Positions 25,313 to 40,944 are shown, numbered from the whole stretch's first letter. The stretch is DNA of 63,204 nucleotides, filler included, from Folioceros fuciformis (GCA_049999805.1; 7 parts of 7 records of this genome joined end to end with filler, not necessarily neighbours in it), one strand, 5' to 3'. The notes: generated by a model not told the origin, from the sequence alone. Translations and numbers: made by a program.

Positions 25313-28300
25313 CGCATCCTGTCGAAGGTCATCATCTCCTGATTTTGCCAATTGGCGGTACTTCTGTCCATCTGAACCCATGCATTCGAGAACTTTTGGT
25401 GCATTCACGCCATGCATTACCCTGGTAACAACCCATAAGTCAAAGAACAAAAGAGGGCAGACCATATCTATCTGGTATCATGCACTGTTTGAAACAAATT
25501 GTTGAGCAAAAACGAATCTTACTGAATCCCATCACACAGGCCTTGAAAATGAGGAAATGTTCCAGGGCTATAGCTGCAGCTTCGATCAATTGAAACATTT
25601 GCAGTAATCACTGGGACCTGATAGCCAAAACATAAATAAGCACATCCATCTTCTAGGAGAGAAAGTAAAACCATTCCGATCACAGGCACGCGAGTACTCT
25701 CACCAGCTCAAGTTGGCGTACACTACGGACATCCCGAGGAAGAGCGATTTTTTTATTCATTTGCTGCACAAGACATGAAAATTCCTGTCACTCATGCTTT
25801 TGGATCTGGGGAACAGCAACTGGCAGCAACCAGAAGGCAGCCTACCTCCTTCATACAATCTAGCTCGGCCAGTTTTATATACATTTCGACCATCCTCCTC
25901 ATCTGTTGACCAAGGACAACACACGGGAGAACGATGAACGATGAGACTCGGGATGCATGCTGTGGGGCCGGAACAGATTTTGAAGGCTGAGAAGCGGACC
26001 TGCTGAAGCAATATAGGGTGACGAGATTGAATCTGCAAGAGCAAGTTTTCTGCTGCCTGCTTCTTGTCCGTATCAACAACAAAGGCACTTCTGCTTCGTT
26101 GTTGAACTTTAACTCGATCGCCATTTGCAAGTGCCAGAATCTTCAGGACGAAAATAAATAAGCTACTTAAGAAAATTATGCTGACAAGCAGGCAGTACGG
26201 TCAACAGGCCATCAAACCTGATAAAGTGAATGATAAGGATGCTCAGTAGCCATCTTTGCCACTAGTGAAGCCAGAGCAGACTGCTAAACAATGTTGTCAC
26301 TGTTAAGCTCCATGAAAACGTCACCACAAGAAAAGTGATTTCTTACTTTTCAGCAACTTTGCACAAAGAAACAAGAACAATAAACACAGCCTGCATGCAC
26401 CTGGAAGCCATGTGAACCTTGTGGTTCTCTTGGGTTGCCCATTCTTGACGCAATTTGGTACACGAGTGGAAGAAACTTGTAGGAGTGGACCTGCTTGAGC
26501 CGAGGACGCGCACATTCAAAGATAACAGCCTCCAACGCGTTAGCTCCAGGAAATGATAGGATGCTAACAGAAGAAAGCGGCAACAGTCTTCGTGGAATGC
26601 GAACTTTTATGCGCGCTAAATTTTATGCTATGCTTTGACCTTCTCTGTGGTTTGCTGCATTTCTTGAATAACATCTGGATTCGCTGATAGGTTGAACCAG
26701 AGTGATACAAGTCGGAACACCTGACAAGGGAAAACAAAAGGACTCCAGAGTGCGTGAAAGTCTTCAAAAGCATGACAGCTTCAAGCAACTGAGAAACAAA
26801 GCTTTAAACTTACCACTTGGAGGTCATACTTGGTTCCCATGGTCAGACAAGCAGAGTAGCTTTGCAACGAGCTGATCAAAAAGTATTCTTTGTCTTCCTG
26901 TTCGATAAGAACGAGATGATTTTAGAAGGCACAGTCCAAATAGTGCATTCAAAGACTTGAAAACTGTACCCTTTCGGAACAAACATGCAGAGAGGAACAT
27001 TACCTCCAAGTGCTGAGCTTCCTCTGAGTCCAATGCCAGCTGCTTTTTAAGTTCTTGCCACCGCATTGCATGCTGTTGTTGTTCACCCTGAAGAATGAGG
27101 TTATTGCACGTTTCCTTTCGCAAAAGTGCAATCCAAAACCTTGGGCACAGCAAGTTTAACCACGATAGTTTGACAACTCTAGACTATGTTCCACCTTGGC
27201 AGCAGCTTTCAGTCGCTTGGTCAAAGCCTCAAGTTCTCGAAACTGCATCACGTTCCAAGTCCATATCAACCAACTGAGGCTATCGCAATTATTCTGGTTA
27301 CAGTTGTAGCCTGCGATATCACCTTTCGCTGTCTCAATCTCATAGCTGATTTCCACTCAGTTGATGACAGGCGCTCCTCATAACTAATGTACAGGGCATC
27401 TGTGTAATGGGCCAGATGATAATGAGTTCGGCACTGTTGTTTCAGCCACATAACACCATCTGAACCGGCTCTGTGTTTCTCGTCATTATCCAATAGTTGA
27501 ACTGCTTTCTTCAAATACGTATCCAATATGTCTCCAGAGCTGCAGAGCTTCGGCGTCCACCATGAGCCTCACCGATCATAATTAATAAATACCTAGCCGA
27601 ACTCAGAAGAAACCATTCAAACTAAACGGAATTCAGTGCCGTACCTTTCAGATCTTGACTCAGATAGCCATTTGCCTGTTAGGCAGTATAATGCTGCCGT
27701 GTCAGGATCAGCGTCATTATTCCGGAGTACATGCTTCACTAGGTTCAATGCCAGCTCCTGTTGTCCCTGTGCCCACAGAACTTTTGCCTCTTCCACCTAT
27801 AGCACCATACTAATTTGCGGTGAGCACACAATTCATACTTTCAACTTCAAATCACCAACTTACGGTCTGGTTTTAAATGAACCTATTTCTTTCAGTTATA
27901 ATACCCACGCTCGTACCTTTCTAGCCGAGACAATTCTGGGCAGCTCTGAGGGTGCTCCATCTGCAAGGTGTGACGGGCTGCTGTATTCCATCAGTTCATT
28001 GCATACTACTTTCAATTCATGCAAAGATACTGTTGCATGATTGAGTCTTTTGGCCTGGATGTCACAACGGCAGCACGGAGTTACACCACATGCAGACCAG
28101 CACAAGAGGGCAGTTCGAGACTCAGAACAACACGACGAAGAATTTGACCTTCACATTTTTTTTGGCAGAGGGATTTTCCAGAGAAAAGGAAAACTTCAGC
28201 AGAATTACCTTCCGAGAAACACGAGCAAACTCCAGAAGGTGACGAGGAATGCACTCTTTGCGACCAATTGCAGAAAACAAGGTCTTGCAGAAAGCTGAAT

Positions 28301-31300
28301 AATGCTCGACGAGATTATAGTCAATCTGCATCTGTTTCATATTTTCTTGACAGGCTACTTCAAATTTTGCCATCTGTTATAAGCAATGGAAAGCAGGTTA
28401 TTTGTCAGATAGTTTATGATAAAAAACACTCAGCGTAGCGATTGTCCATCACAAGGTGGAACCTGCTTATAAGATGGGACAAAGGGACCAGCTACTGGTT
28501 CTGAGGACCATAGGCCTGTTTGTGCCTCATGACTGGAAAACCGAGGTCTGTTCCACCGCATCTCCCAAGCTTGTGAGAGAGAATCTAAAACCTGCAACCA
28601 CAAAGAGAAGCGTATGACCAAGTCATAATTGCACGTTGTGCACTCATCCAAATTTTTTTCAAGTAAGAGTCTGACTTTGAGCTTGACGATATCTGCGTTG
28701 ACATTCTGTGTGCTCTCCAAACTGGCATGAGCAATACGTGAAACAACATCCTGCCAGATAAATATAGTTCAATGTACGCCTGCAGTTGAGCAAGCATGGC
28801 TGGCCAGTCCGTTGCTCTACTCTACCTCCATTCCCAGTTTTAGCCTAAAGGACCTATACTGACCTGCCTTGATTTCTTCAAGTGTGAAAGAAAAATGTCC
28901 AAATCACCTTCAAGTAAAGATCTCAAACAGCTTTCACAAACAACAACCAATCCGTTAGGCTGAAGTTCTCATAGACAAGGAAACAAGCACCCCTGATTTG
29001 CTTGTTTGTCTCAAGGAAGTGAGAAGGTGAACAGAGAATAAGAGAACCGAGCATCATCTGGACAATTGTTTTTATCAATAAGTTGACTACAGCATCAAAC
29101 GAATGTAGTTTCCAAAAGCAGCACATTACCTGTACAAGTTTGCATGATATCTCACATCCTCCCCAGTCCCCTGTGCTAGACAATCTAGGTCCCACTTGCC
29201 AGCACGCCAAGCTGCTTCAAACTACACGAGCAAGATACATTTGCTTCAAACGACACGTGCAAGATACTAGAGGCTAGGTGGGAAAATGCAAAACGAAAAT
29301 GATTAGCATCACCCTTTAATTTCACATGGTCATTCACCTGTAGCTCTTTGAGCTCTAAATTGTCGAGCAAAGCGGACTTCTGCTGGGCCAGACCATCATA
29401 GTATACAGCAAGTACATGGCTACAACCAGTCTGCTGCAGAGACTTGATCAGTCCCTTGTAGTATCTCCACTCTTGCGTGTCTCCTTTTCCTGATGCTTGT
29501 GAGCAATTTGTGGATACAGAGACAGCTCTGCTGCTCCGAAGCAGCAGATCATAACCTTCCAAAGCTTTACTCCAGTCACCTTCGTTCTCATACATTAAGA
29601 GCTGGGATAACAGCTGGAAGTCAACAACAGTTAAACATGGGTCAACATAGAACTATTGTTGAGTCAAATACGACGGAATTCAGTTTCTAGTTCAATATCC
29701 AGCATACTGTGCAATATTGCGACATGAGATTCTCATGAGCAGTAGTGTATGATACAACTAGACCATACACATGAGCAATACATGATTCAACTAGACATCT
29801 TCAAATTCAGGGATTCTCCAACTCTACCTTGTGTGATCGCACAACACCATACATGCTGTCTGGCTCATTTGTCTTAGTGCAGACGGTCAACAGAAGCTCC
29901 ACGTGAAGTGGCAACTGCAGAGGTTTACTAAGTGTGAACTCCATTGTCAAATTACAGGGCCATTCAGAAATAAAGCACAGCATTAGAGACAAGAAGTCGT
30001 ACACTTTCATCACTTGAGAAGTCTGGCTCTCCTAATGTGAGCCTTCCAAAAGTCTCCTCACACCAGTGCTCAACATACAAGGCCGAAGTGGAAAATGCAG
30101 CGCATTTCTGACCTCAGGCACGGGGTCAGCTACGTATTTCAAACTTACCTCAAAATTTGACATGAGCAGACAGCCTACGACTGAGACGGTCTGTGGTCCA
30201 ATCCAGGGCAAGTCAATGCTTTCGCGGACTTACCTGTGCAGCTTTTGCTGTTTTCAAGTAGTCAATTTGCAACCAATAGACCTGAAAAGACAACACAATA
30301 GGACATCTTTTGAGTCATTCAGACAAATCTCTATGCAGGTTGAGGCTCATATTAATTGTGATCCGTGTAACCAATGACCAATGGGCCTTTCACCAAGTCA
30401 GGCAGAGAAAAAACCTTTGACCAAGTCCACACTGATTGGAAGTCCCCATTTGAGACCTCGGTTGTGCCACTTCCGGGATTGGCACCTCTTCTAGACGTAG
30501 ACGATTTTCCTGCACTTGAGACAGCTCTGTCTCCCACCTTCAGCATAAAAATTCCATTATGAATTACTATAGCTCGTCTCCTTGAAAAGAAGAAAGACCA
30601 AGTCCTACCGAGAATACCTTCGAAGCTCCACCTTTCTTTGAAGCGTTAGGCATATGCTTCATCCTAACAGAAACATAGGTGATCCGAAGGGCATTCAATC
30701 CTTCAAGGAAGAGTTGTATTGACCTTGTGCTGTTGTTGGTATCACAGAAGACGTGTTTAACCACCTAATAGATGGCACAGTGAGTCTAAGGCAACTTGGC
30801 AATTTTTGTAAGGTCAGCCAAAAAGGGCATCTTACACTCACCTGTGCAGATATCAAGCTGCACAGTTTGAGCTCCGAGTCAGGTTTCCCAGCCAACAAGC
30901 CCAGAACATGGGGGAACAAGAGCTCTGCTATAGCTGTTTTCCGAAGTACCATCGATTGACATAACCTGAAAACAAAGCAAGATTTGATTATTTGTTTCTG
31001 GATACGTTTCCAGGTAGTAAATGTTTAACAACTTGTCCATGTTGGTTACCCAACATGACCTCAGTCCCTGAATAAAGTGAGGCCTGAGACCCACTGGGAA
31101 TCCAGCCATTTGACTACCTTGCTATAGTTTCGTCGGTATGCTTAATAAGACCATGTACCAGCCCACAGACCCAAGTTCCGTAAGGCCTCCCAGCTGTGTC
31201 CCAAAAGTTTGAGTCTTCCAAATCCACTGGCAACAACGGTGTCCCAGTCCCATGATGGATTTGACAAAACCAGGTAAAAATACAAAACATCATAACAACA

Positions 31301-34300
31301 GCACTCACTTGCAGGATTCAATCCTGTCTGGTCAAGAATGTTTTCAACCAAAGCCGAGTTCACTCCTTTGGACCACACCTGTGAAAATTAAACAATAGTC
31401 ATAGCCAGGAAGATGATAGATACGTGTATAAGGAAGTTGCGAAAGAGTAGCTAGAACCTGCAAGTAAGATTTGTCATGAGGATCCAGTGTCTGCAAAACT
31501 CGATGACCCTTCTCTGTAGACAGTAACCCCTGTTACCAAACTGTCAGTATTCACATTCTGCTTGGAGAATCTGCACGAAGTCCTCCCCTCCTAGATCTGA
31601 ACGTGAAAAGGAAACAAACATACCGTCAACGTTTTGGAAGCAAGCTCGATGATGCTCACATCACTGTCAGTCATGCAACCATGAAGCTGAAGCAGAACTC
31701 TTCTGACAACATCTTCGTGGACCCCCAAGCATGGGTCGATGCTGACATCACTAGTGCGTTCAAGACGCACAGTTGACAGGGAAACAGAAGTTCTTGTGCT
31801 AGTGATTCCAGTCTGCAAGCGAGGAAATTGATCACCTCGTCTTGTTAGGACGAAATAAAGCAAGTAATTCGATCAAACACCATTCAGTCAATCGATTCAT
31901 AAGTTCGCACTTAGAAGCTACAGATCTTTACCGCTGCCAGAAACTCTGCAGCTATTGCCCGCATCTCAGTATCATCCTGGTCGTCACATAGCAGCAAAAG
32001 GTCCCACACAGCAGCAATGACATCTGGCCTGCATCTCCATTCCTGTGTCTGCTCTAGACCTACCAGTTGCCTTTCATACAGCTCTTCTTTCCTCATAGGC
32101 AGTTGTTGATAAAGGCTTAACAAGCTGCAGAGAAACGTGCAAATAAGCACCAGGGGTTCATGCTCCAACGTTTAATAGTTCGCCATAAAATTAGGATGTG
32201 TCCAGGCCACACTGTGAAACATTTATCCTGGATTTCCAAATAGTCCAGACGTACCCACCTGCTCAATCTAAGCTGCGGGCTCAGATTTGGTGCTCTCTTC
32301 ACAAGCTGAACAAGGAGCAATCACGGTAAGAAGTTGTCTTGCTTTCTGCGGAAACAGGAAGAAACAACGTACCAGCGATCCCTACCTCCACCAACTCAGT
32401 AGCAAGACTTCTTTCAGTATGTAACTGCCTCAGAAGAGTGTTGATACGCTCAAAACAAGGTAAATCCGGTAAGCGATCCAATGCCTGCAACGGAATAGAC
32501 ACTTAGATCCCTACCAGGCAAAGATAGATTCATGTGGCATGACAGTATGAATTGCATTACCTTAATGTAACAGTGCATGGATTCATGTGCGTCGGCAGTG
32601 ACACGATGCAGTAAAGAGACTATGAATTTGTGATCACCCTTCACTCCACCATTTGACGCCATGCTACTGTGGGAAGAATGCCCAACATCCCTAGAACTAC
32701 CGTTGGAACAGCAGGAGACAAGCTTGGACACAATCAACTGACGTCAAAAAGCAATGGTCAGCTTCCTGAGAGATTTAAAAAACAAAAATGAAGGAGAACA
32801 CACACACACAAAAAAAGGATAAGGAGGCAAGTGAGAACCTGTAGCTGATCTCCCAACACCCATGCGGATTGTTCAGCCGGACAAACATCTACCTTGTCCA
32901 GTAACGTCTTCAAAAGGACACAGCATTGCTCCTGCAATTCAGGTCTGCCAATTGACTGCAGAATGATGTGCACAAGATACCTGCAGGTTCCAAGCAATGC
33001 TCCTGTCAACTTACAAGAGATAAGAGGAAGAGATCGTCAAGAGTTTGGTAAATAGATAAAAGCAATACCCAGGGACACTAACACCTTTCTAAGAAAGCCA
33101 CATTTTCTTAAGAGATTGTCCAACAATATCTCCGTCTACAAGCGGACGACCACAATGCCAATCCTGACACGAGACATTGTAATAAAGAGACAAGCATTCA
33201 TAAGAGCAGGGAAGTCAACTTGACCTGAATGTGCTTGGGATCACAGAACGAATATCAATAACATGTATAAGGGCTGCTACACTGGCCAATGGATGGCGCC
33301 AGTGCCATGGGTGGAAAGCACTCTGAATACGGTGATGTAGTTGCAAAAGCAGCTGTACAGAACCATCGACAATTGAATATCAAGCAAACTTATTGAGCGC
33401 ACCCCCAAATGAGCACCTAATGCCACGGAAACACACCTGAAAAACACGGCTGGGCCGAAAAACTTGCATCTTATCCACAATTTTGCCATCTTGAGGAAAT
33501 TGAGCCCTGCCAATTCCCATGCATGATTCTTGAATACACTGGTGAAACTAAAAGTGAGCTTACAAGTACCAAGACGAGCTCTTACTGCTCCAAAAAGCCA
33601 TCTACGACAGTTTGCACGCTTGAAGCTACAGAATCTCTTGAGAAGAAAGGTCTCTGAGGCTGATGGTTATCTCCACTGCATAGCAGAAACATGAAACTCA
33701 CGATGGAAACCTGCACTTCCAACAGAGAGAACACCCTTCACAAAGTTAGCACAAATTTGGACTTCAAGCCATTAAGTTTGCTTGAAGCAAGCACATCTAT
33801 CAATCTAGACATGATAAAATGCATCTCTGACCAACTTGGATAAACTATGGGGCAACCTTTTACCATTTTCTGTTTGATAAGTTTGTCCCTTTCATCTTCA
33901 GAAACTTCCATGATTGCAAGCATGGAACCCTGAAGAATTGCTGTTGCTGTTTCTTGATCAGATTCAATCCCACTTGAATGTAACAGCAGTAAAGAAGAAA
34001 AAATGGCAGGAAAGTGTCGCTTCAAAAGAGTTGCAGTTGTCTCTGAGGCAGCCTACACAGTGCGCAGCATGTACTGTTATGGCACGAATTATCTTCATAT
34101 AAAAGGAAAAATACCAGGTTCCAATGTTTGAATACTTCACATTTGATAACCATGCTATTCCATCATCAGATCCCATGAACAACAGAGATGGTAAAAGCCA
34201 GGGGCAGCAGAGCTCAATGAACGCTTGGGTTCCAATATCTTCAACGAGAATTCCCCGTATCTGCAACATAGGCAAACTAGATATGTTCTTCTGATGGTCC

Positions 34301-37300
34301 ATCTGGACAGAGAGGTCAAATTTCAGAGAAAAATAGTACCTCCAGCAGAGATACAAGAGGCATTCCAGCCACCACCCACCGATGCAGTATTCCTCCCATC
34401 AGCTGGCCAATATGCTGTCCATGTTCATTGACAAAAAAGGGTTTACGTGATATGTTGCCTTTTGAAATTCGTTGTAGACCGCAGGTAGAACACAGCAAGT
34501 CCTGATCTAGAAACAGCCATGGTTCTGATTCTGCTTGCGTGACAAGATGTGTTGAGGTTGTGTTAAACGCAAAAGGTACCTTTCCACGACTTGGATATTG
34601 TAACTTCTTTGACACTCTGTCGAGCACAGCAATGACCAGAGGTCTGCATCCGCAAAATCCAGTTGAGCTGGGGCAACTTAGGATTAACGGTCACACTATC
34701 TAATAATCAATTTGCCAACAGACCTGTGACATGCAAAGGAAGCAGCATGGGCACAAATCCTGAAAACCACCTGTCACAATCCGCCGCACTTTTAGCTACA
34801 TGATCTGTACAAGAAACCTGACATATCTCATAAACCTTCAATGAAACTGTAAGAGAGTACCTCACACTCCACTTGACAGCTTTCTGCAGCGAGTTCTCCG
34901 AGTGTAACAATGGCAGTTTCAGCTTGACACACCGTACTTTGATCTAGTTTAGAAATATCTACTGATTGTCCCCAAGGAACTTCCAGACCCAGATTCTCAC
35001 TGCACAATTGGGTACATACATCAGAACCAGAAAATCTAGAAAACAGGAACTCGCATAATGGCTATGAAGATCTTGAACATGATTCTTGACATCTAATGAG
35101 CACAACAACCCAAAGGTTGTAGAAATCCCAGGGAAGACCTGATATCTTGAAGGAGCCCTTCATGTCCTTCCCAGATTTCAAAGAGAACGACCAAAATCTT
35201 TGAAAGTACCATTCTAACTCGGTACTCTGGATCGCTCAGAAGAGAAAGAAGCTTCTCCATCAGACTCTGCATTTCACAAAAAAGTCTTTAAACAGGCAAG
35301 CTGTACCCAAGTTACAACTCCAGACAGAGCTGGGGATGTCATGAACTACACAACCGTTCGTTCCCATCTAGCCTGCCATTTCATGCTCCATCTCGTAGGG
35401 CAGAAATTAAAGTTGCACGAGCAGACTGGACCTGTGCCGTTGTAGCATCGAGTAGAATAAAAGTAGCCAGTACTTTAGCAAGTTTCGAGCGTGTTTGCCA
35501 GAGAACAACACCCGTGTCCGCTACTTCAGCAATAACATTCCTTATCTGTAGCGAAACCTGTGTTTGAACCAACTGGTGTTAACACTTGAAGCATACAAGC
35601 TGGAATCTCACTTCACACTGAAACCTTATGCAGTTCCAGAGGGGAACCCAACACCTGCACGAAAAAGCTCCCACTAACATTGATAGCTTCATTGAAACGA
35701 AAACGCGAAGCAACACACCTCTTCGGACAGTCTAAAGTTGCTCTCTTGGCTCAGGTTGCTTTGACATGTATTTCTTACTGGCCTTGACAAGTTCAAGAAA
35801 AGCACATCCATGGCATCTAGGAATTCATAGCGGCTTGTTTCCTTCTCTCGGCAATCGTCCAGAGAATCGTGTACAATCTGAACCTGAGAACCATCCACAG
35901 TAAGTAGGAAAATAAGTCTACCATCAAAGAAAATCCAATGATGAAAAGTGTGATGGACGGAGTGCAAGTTGCAATCTCATGTGTAGAGGTGTAATAGCTA
36001 CCATAGTTGGCAAGGTTGGCAACGTGGACGCAGTCAGGAGATTCAACACGTTTCGTATCATCTCCCAGCGCATCTACACACGACCCAAATTCACCTCAAG
36101 GTTTGAAGGAAGAGAAGAGAACAATCTGACAAGAAAGAGTTAAAACAGCCTGCTTCACTCACCTTCGGATCCTGCTCCTTTGCCAACAAGTTTTTAAGGT
36201 CATGCAAAGCAGCATCTGGTAAGATTTGACCCACTGCAGCAATCATCTTCACCACAGTAAGCCGCCAAGGTGCCTGCACTAAGTTTCCCCTTTCTCCTAG
36301 TATCTGGCCAGAGAACCCTTTGACACTGCCTGAAGGATGATCTAATCTATCTGTCGATGACAGAAAATTTTCTGTGTTGACATCCAAATCAGCATCTAAT
36401 ATTGTGGTTCCACCACTACGATCAGGATGTGGCAGACATGTCCCTGGGTTAGGTTGTCCAACAACCTCTGACGCAGCCAGAAAAGTCTCAGTTAATCTCT
36501 CCAGTAACAGTCCCATCAGAGGCTCAGAGGTGGCATACTCTTCAACTCTCTCAAATTGACCATTAGCCTGTACAAGGGGCACACGACCTCCCGAAGAAAC
36601 AAACTGCTGTAAAGACATCAAAATTGATTGCAGAGGCTGCACATGAAGACAGCCAGCTGTAGTGACGTTGGACGCATTAGAGCCAACACTACTGGATTGC
36701 TGCTGCACGAACAAGCTCGTCCCAGAGTTACCAATGGACTGCACACAAACCTCCAGCACCACAGCTAAAGATTTCAACACTCGACCACCTGAACTCCAAT
36801 CTCTTAACACCTGCCCCCTACAACACAGTCCATCAAAAGCTTTGAGAATGGGCCCTGAAGCTCGTCCACCTAATGGAAGACACTCAGCAGCTTAATTGAA
36901 ACTCAAATCATCATCACAAACCTTTTCTGCAGAATTTGCTCTACACCATAGACACAACTTGACACTGTGGCGCTCAGATGAAACATCTGGGTCAATACAG
37001 CTTGGCTGACCTGACAAGCTGCCTCCATTTTCTCAACAAAACTATCTGCTGCTTGCTGCAAAAAGAAATCGCAGTTTGACCTCGGCAGAGGGCTGCTCGC
37101 AGACCTTGCTGAAAGACATGGCTACATTGAGCAGAAAAATTAATCAGCCAGGTACACAAATATGGAACTTGCAATAACACCTGAACTCCGGTCAAATCTT
37201 GTGGCACACCTTATGAACATAAGGGTCTCCACCTGCAGCTAGAACATCAGGAGAGCGGTCCAGTGCAGTCAGGTCAGCTTCATCTTCTTTGTCGTGCACT

Positions 37301-40300
37301 TCCGCCTGTCCAAAACAAAGGCATCCATTGGTTGGAGAAAGAAAAACTCCAGATCACATAAAAGGCAAGTTACAATCCCTTCGAAATACTGACCTCTAGG
37401 CAGCAACCCAACTCTTCCAACAAACACAGCGATTTGGAATCCGAGCTGTAGCAACCACAGATTGATTCGGGGAGACTGCCAGTGCTGAGAGCCAGAATGG
37501 CTGCACTCAGCAACCTCGATGATACCATATCCTCCCCAGGGCCCTTTGGGCGTGGTCCCTCCTGTCATTACCAAGACTAGCAGTTACAAGCTGGGCACAT
37601 AAGTTTGACTCTGTTCACATTAAGGAGCGGATTAGGATGCTGACCTGAGCATCGAGTGCAGTCAAGGACCATTGAATGAGTTTACTTCGAAGCTTCACAT
37701 CTGTTCTTGTACAGGACTGGAGAGAAATGAGTACATCACCATCTGTACATGTACGTTGATGCTCAAAAACATGAGCAATCAATAAGCAATGCAAAAGAAG
37801 TAGATGCACGTTACCTGACAAGTAGGATCTGAGAAAATGACTGCAGTAAAATAGAGGACCCCTCTGCTTACACACGGCTGTTATTGAAGATCAAACCAGA
37901 CCAACTCAAAGAAACAACTATTATTTGGTACCAGAAAATATACCAACACCAGGATATATACTCACCCCACTGGCAAATCTAAAAAGGGATGTGACCTCCA
38001 AAACTCGTGTGGCACAGCACAGGAAGGTACAAGATTCTGCAGCAGAGAATAACAATCGACACATATTTCCTCAAACTTGTTATTATGATTGAACGACTCT
38101 ACAAAATCAGTCAATGATCTTCGAAGTACCTGGGCCACCATGGTGCCAAGTAGGCTGCATGCTTCCTCAACCTGCACTAGTGTGGGCAAAAACATTTCAC
38201 ATTACACATTTAAAAGGAGAATGGACTACAATCTACAGTAACAGCACGCACAGGAAGGTTAATGCTAATGGGTTCTCATTTCACACTTGCCTCACCACTA
38301 CGGGGGCACTGCCCTTACTGGGCAGTGCTCCCGGAGGATGACAAAAAACACTTCACATTATACATTGGGAAGGAGGACGGACTACAATCTACAGTAACAG
38401 TGCGCACAGCAAGGGTAACACTAACAGGTTCTCAGTTCACACTTGACTCACCACTACGGGAGCACTGCCCAGTAAGGGCACCCAGTGCAATAGAAGTTTC
38501 CAAATGGACTGCCATACTCCAGCTGGCTGCAAAATTCAAGCGAATTCACCATTGAGAAACATGTCATAAAGTGGCCTCATTTATAAAGAGTTAGCGTTTA
38601 AGGCAGAAACCTCAGGAACACGTCCATGTTCACCATTCACTATCACTGGCCATAGTTTAGCAGATTCTTGAAGACATCTGCAGTCATAAGGCTACAGGAG
38701 TTAACGGAGGACATTGATAAAATTGGCTTCCTGTCCAGTTCGCCATCATACCTCACAGTCCACAGTAAGACTTCAGCAGAGCGAAAGCTGCTTCCGTCTG
38801 CCAACGTCCTGCAGAGCAAACTAGCTTCAGACAGGGAAGACTTGAAGTTCTGAGGAGGGAAAAACAGAAGTACTCTCCTCTTAAACTTGCCTGTCAAATC
38901 CTGAAGCTAGACATTTCAGCCAATCCAAGAGTAATGAGCGGGGAAGTTTACAACCATATCGATGCACAAGCATGCAAACCGCTCCAATCCTGCACCATTG
39001 CAAACCCAATATCAGATACGACCCTGATGCAGGACCAGATGGATGCTGATGACAATCAAAACTAGGTCCAGTTGGGGTTTGTTCAGATGCAGAGAAGGAG
39101 CTAATAAAGTTCTGCGAAAATGCAGGCAAACCAAAACCATTCATCTCTCACCAGAGGTATTTCCCACTGGTCAGCCTCTCCAGGACTGTAACATCACTAT
39201 TCTCCTTTCGCCTCCGTTTTGCTCCATCCAGGACTTTAGGGGACTTTCTTGTGATCATCTGGCAAAACAATTCGACATGCACTCAAGAGGCAATTCATGT
39301 TGAACAGATATTGACCTTTCAGCAGGCGTACTCAACAACTCTCATACGACCTTGTGCTACCCGTCAACGAGCATGATGTATATATGAGGTACTTATGGAA
39401 GGCAAACTTGTATCCTTCTGCTATGCAAAGAGAAAAACGGCACTCACCATAATCAAAGTCATACCTCAAACAGCACCATGGCTGCAAGCTCCAAAAAACA
39501 CCTTATGCTCCTTGTTATCAAACCTAATCTCTCCTCTCTTAGAAGGCCACAACATTACAGTTGGATGCCCCGTATGGGTGTCAGATAGCAATGTTTAACA
39601 TACATCCAGCAAGGCCACAAGCCAGCCAAAATCATGTGACTGTCCAGGTGTGCTCGTCCGATGCCATGAAACGTGGCATCCGATGATCACCACGACAGTA
39701 ACATGATCCTCATACTTACCGGAACATCCCCACAAGAGCAATCCCAGTTTGATCGAGCTCCTTTTCTACTAGCTCACTCAACTCTTCAAGAACTTCAGGA
39801 TTCTCCAAATCAAGAATGTGCCTGAGCTTTAATTGTGCCCTAGCATATAACACCAACCCATCCTGGAACCGTAACAACATGTAAGAAGCTGAACTGGACA
39901 CAAAAGCTGGGCACCAGACAATGTTGTTGAGTACCTTGAGCTCCCGGTCGCGTGTTGTTAGCCACGACCGGAACATGAACTGCCTTACACTCAGGTGTAG
40001 TTCAGCCACGACATCCCCTAAGTTGAGACCATTACTTAGAAGGAAGAAATTTAAGGCTGCAACAAGCTTCTTTGCTACTCTTCCTTCATCCCTGGAGAAT
40101 GGCGTACTATATTTTTAATTACATGGCTCAGACCAGAAATGGCTCGAAACATCCGCTAGAGGCACTAGCAGAATGACAGACCAATGTCACTTGAATGAAT
40201 CTGATGACATCCTATCATTCTCGCTTGCAGACTGACCTGAGATGGTGAAATATGTCTCTGAAACTATCGACAACAGTACGCTTGAGTGAATCTGGCAGAT

Positions 40301-40944
40301 CTCCAGGGGTGCTCTGTAACAGAATATGAAGAGTAACCGTGCTCTGGAATGCATCTTCCTTTGATTCAACAGCCTCCCCTGAAGTGATGGTCTTGACTTT
40401 GTGCAGAAACAATTCAACAAGTGCTGCAAGAAACACAGTAAACCAACAAAGGCAGTTTCGTAAGGAAAGTACTCTGAAACAACAGAAGAGAGCAAAACTG
40501 GGTGTTCGACCCGAGGAAAAGTTCTGTACTCAGGGCGCTGATAACGCACCAGTATAAACCTTCTTCCCGACACGTACTCTGTAGTCTACGGTGAGAAGCA
40601 CCTGACGCAGGATGTGACTGTAGTCCAAGAGGAAACTGGGCACCTCTTGAAGCACAAACAGAACGTGCTTAACGAGTCTATTCAACTTCCGAAGCAGGAC
40701 CAGTGATTTGCCTGACAAATTCCCAAAAGCTTAGACATATCAGTTTCTTGGAGTTCAGCAAAGATAAAATGGAGAACTTGCGCCAAAGAACCAAACATAC
40801 CTGGTCGGCTAGGATCCTCAGCTTTCTGAACCAAGCTTCTCAAGGCTTTAGCCAATGCTGGCTTTGGTCCTCTCTTCTTACTTGTTCCAACCTCGGTATC
40901 AATACACTGGCACAGTGCGTCCAGTATACCAGGCCACGACCATG
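25313..40944 (-). CDS. ATM: ATM serine/threonine kinase (PIKK), many exons, truncated at both contig ends
   Basis: N-terminal [44 protein letters not shown]-region [24 protein letters not shown] and [11 protein letters not shown]; start of the kinase domain [33 protein letters not shown] at about 25420-25313. The rest of the kinase domain and FATC are absent. Confidence 0.93.
38188..38470. repeat. Tandem duplication (period 156 bp) of an ATM intron plus its 5' splice site, with a hairpin at the junction
   Basis: GGACTACAATCTACAGTAACAG occurs at 38223 and 38379, and both copies carry CTCACCACTACGGG. Inverted repeat GGGGGCACTGCCC-TTACT-GGGCAGTGCTCCC at 38302-38332. Confidence 0.88.
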
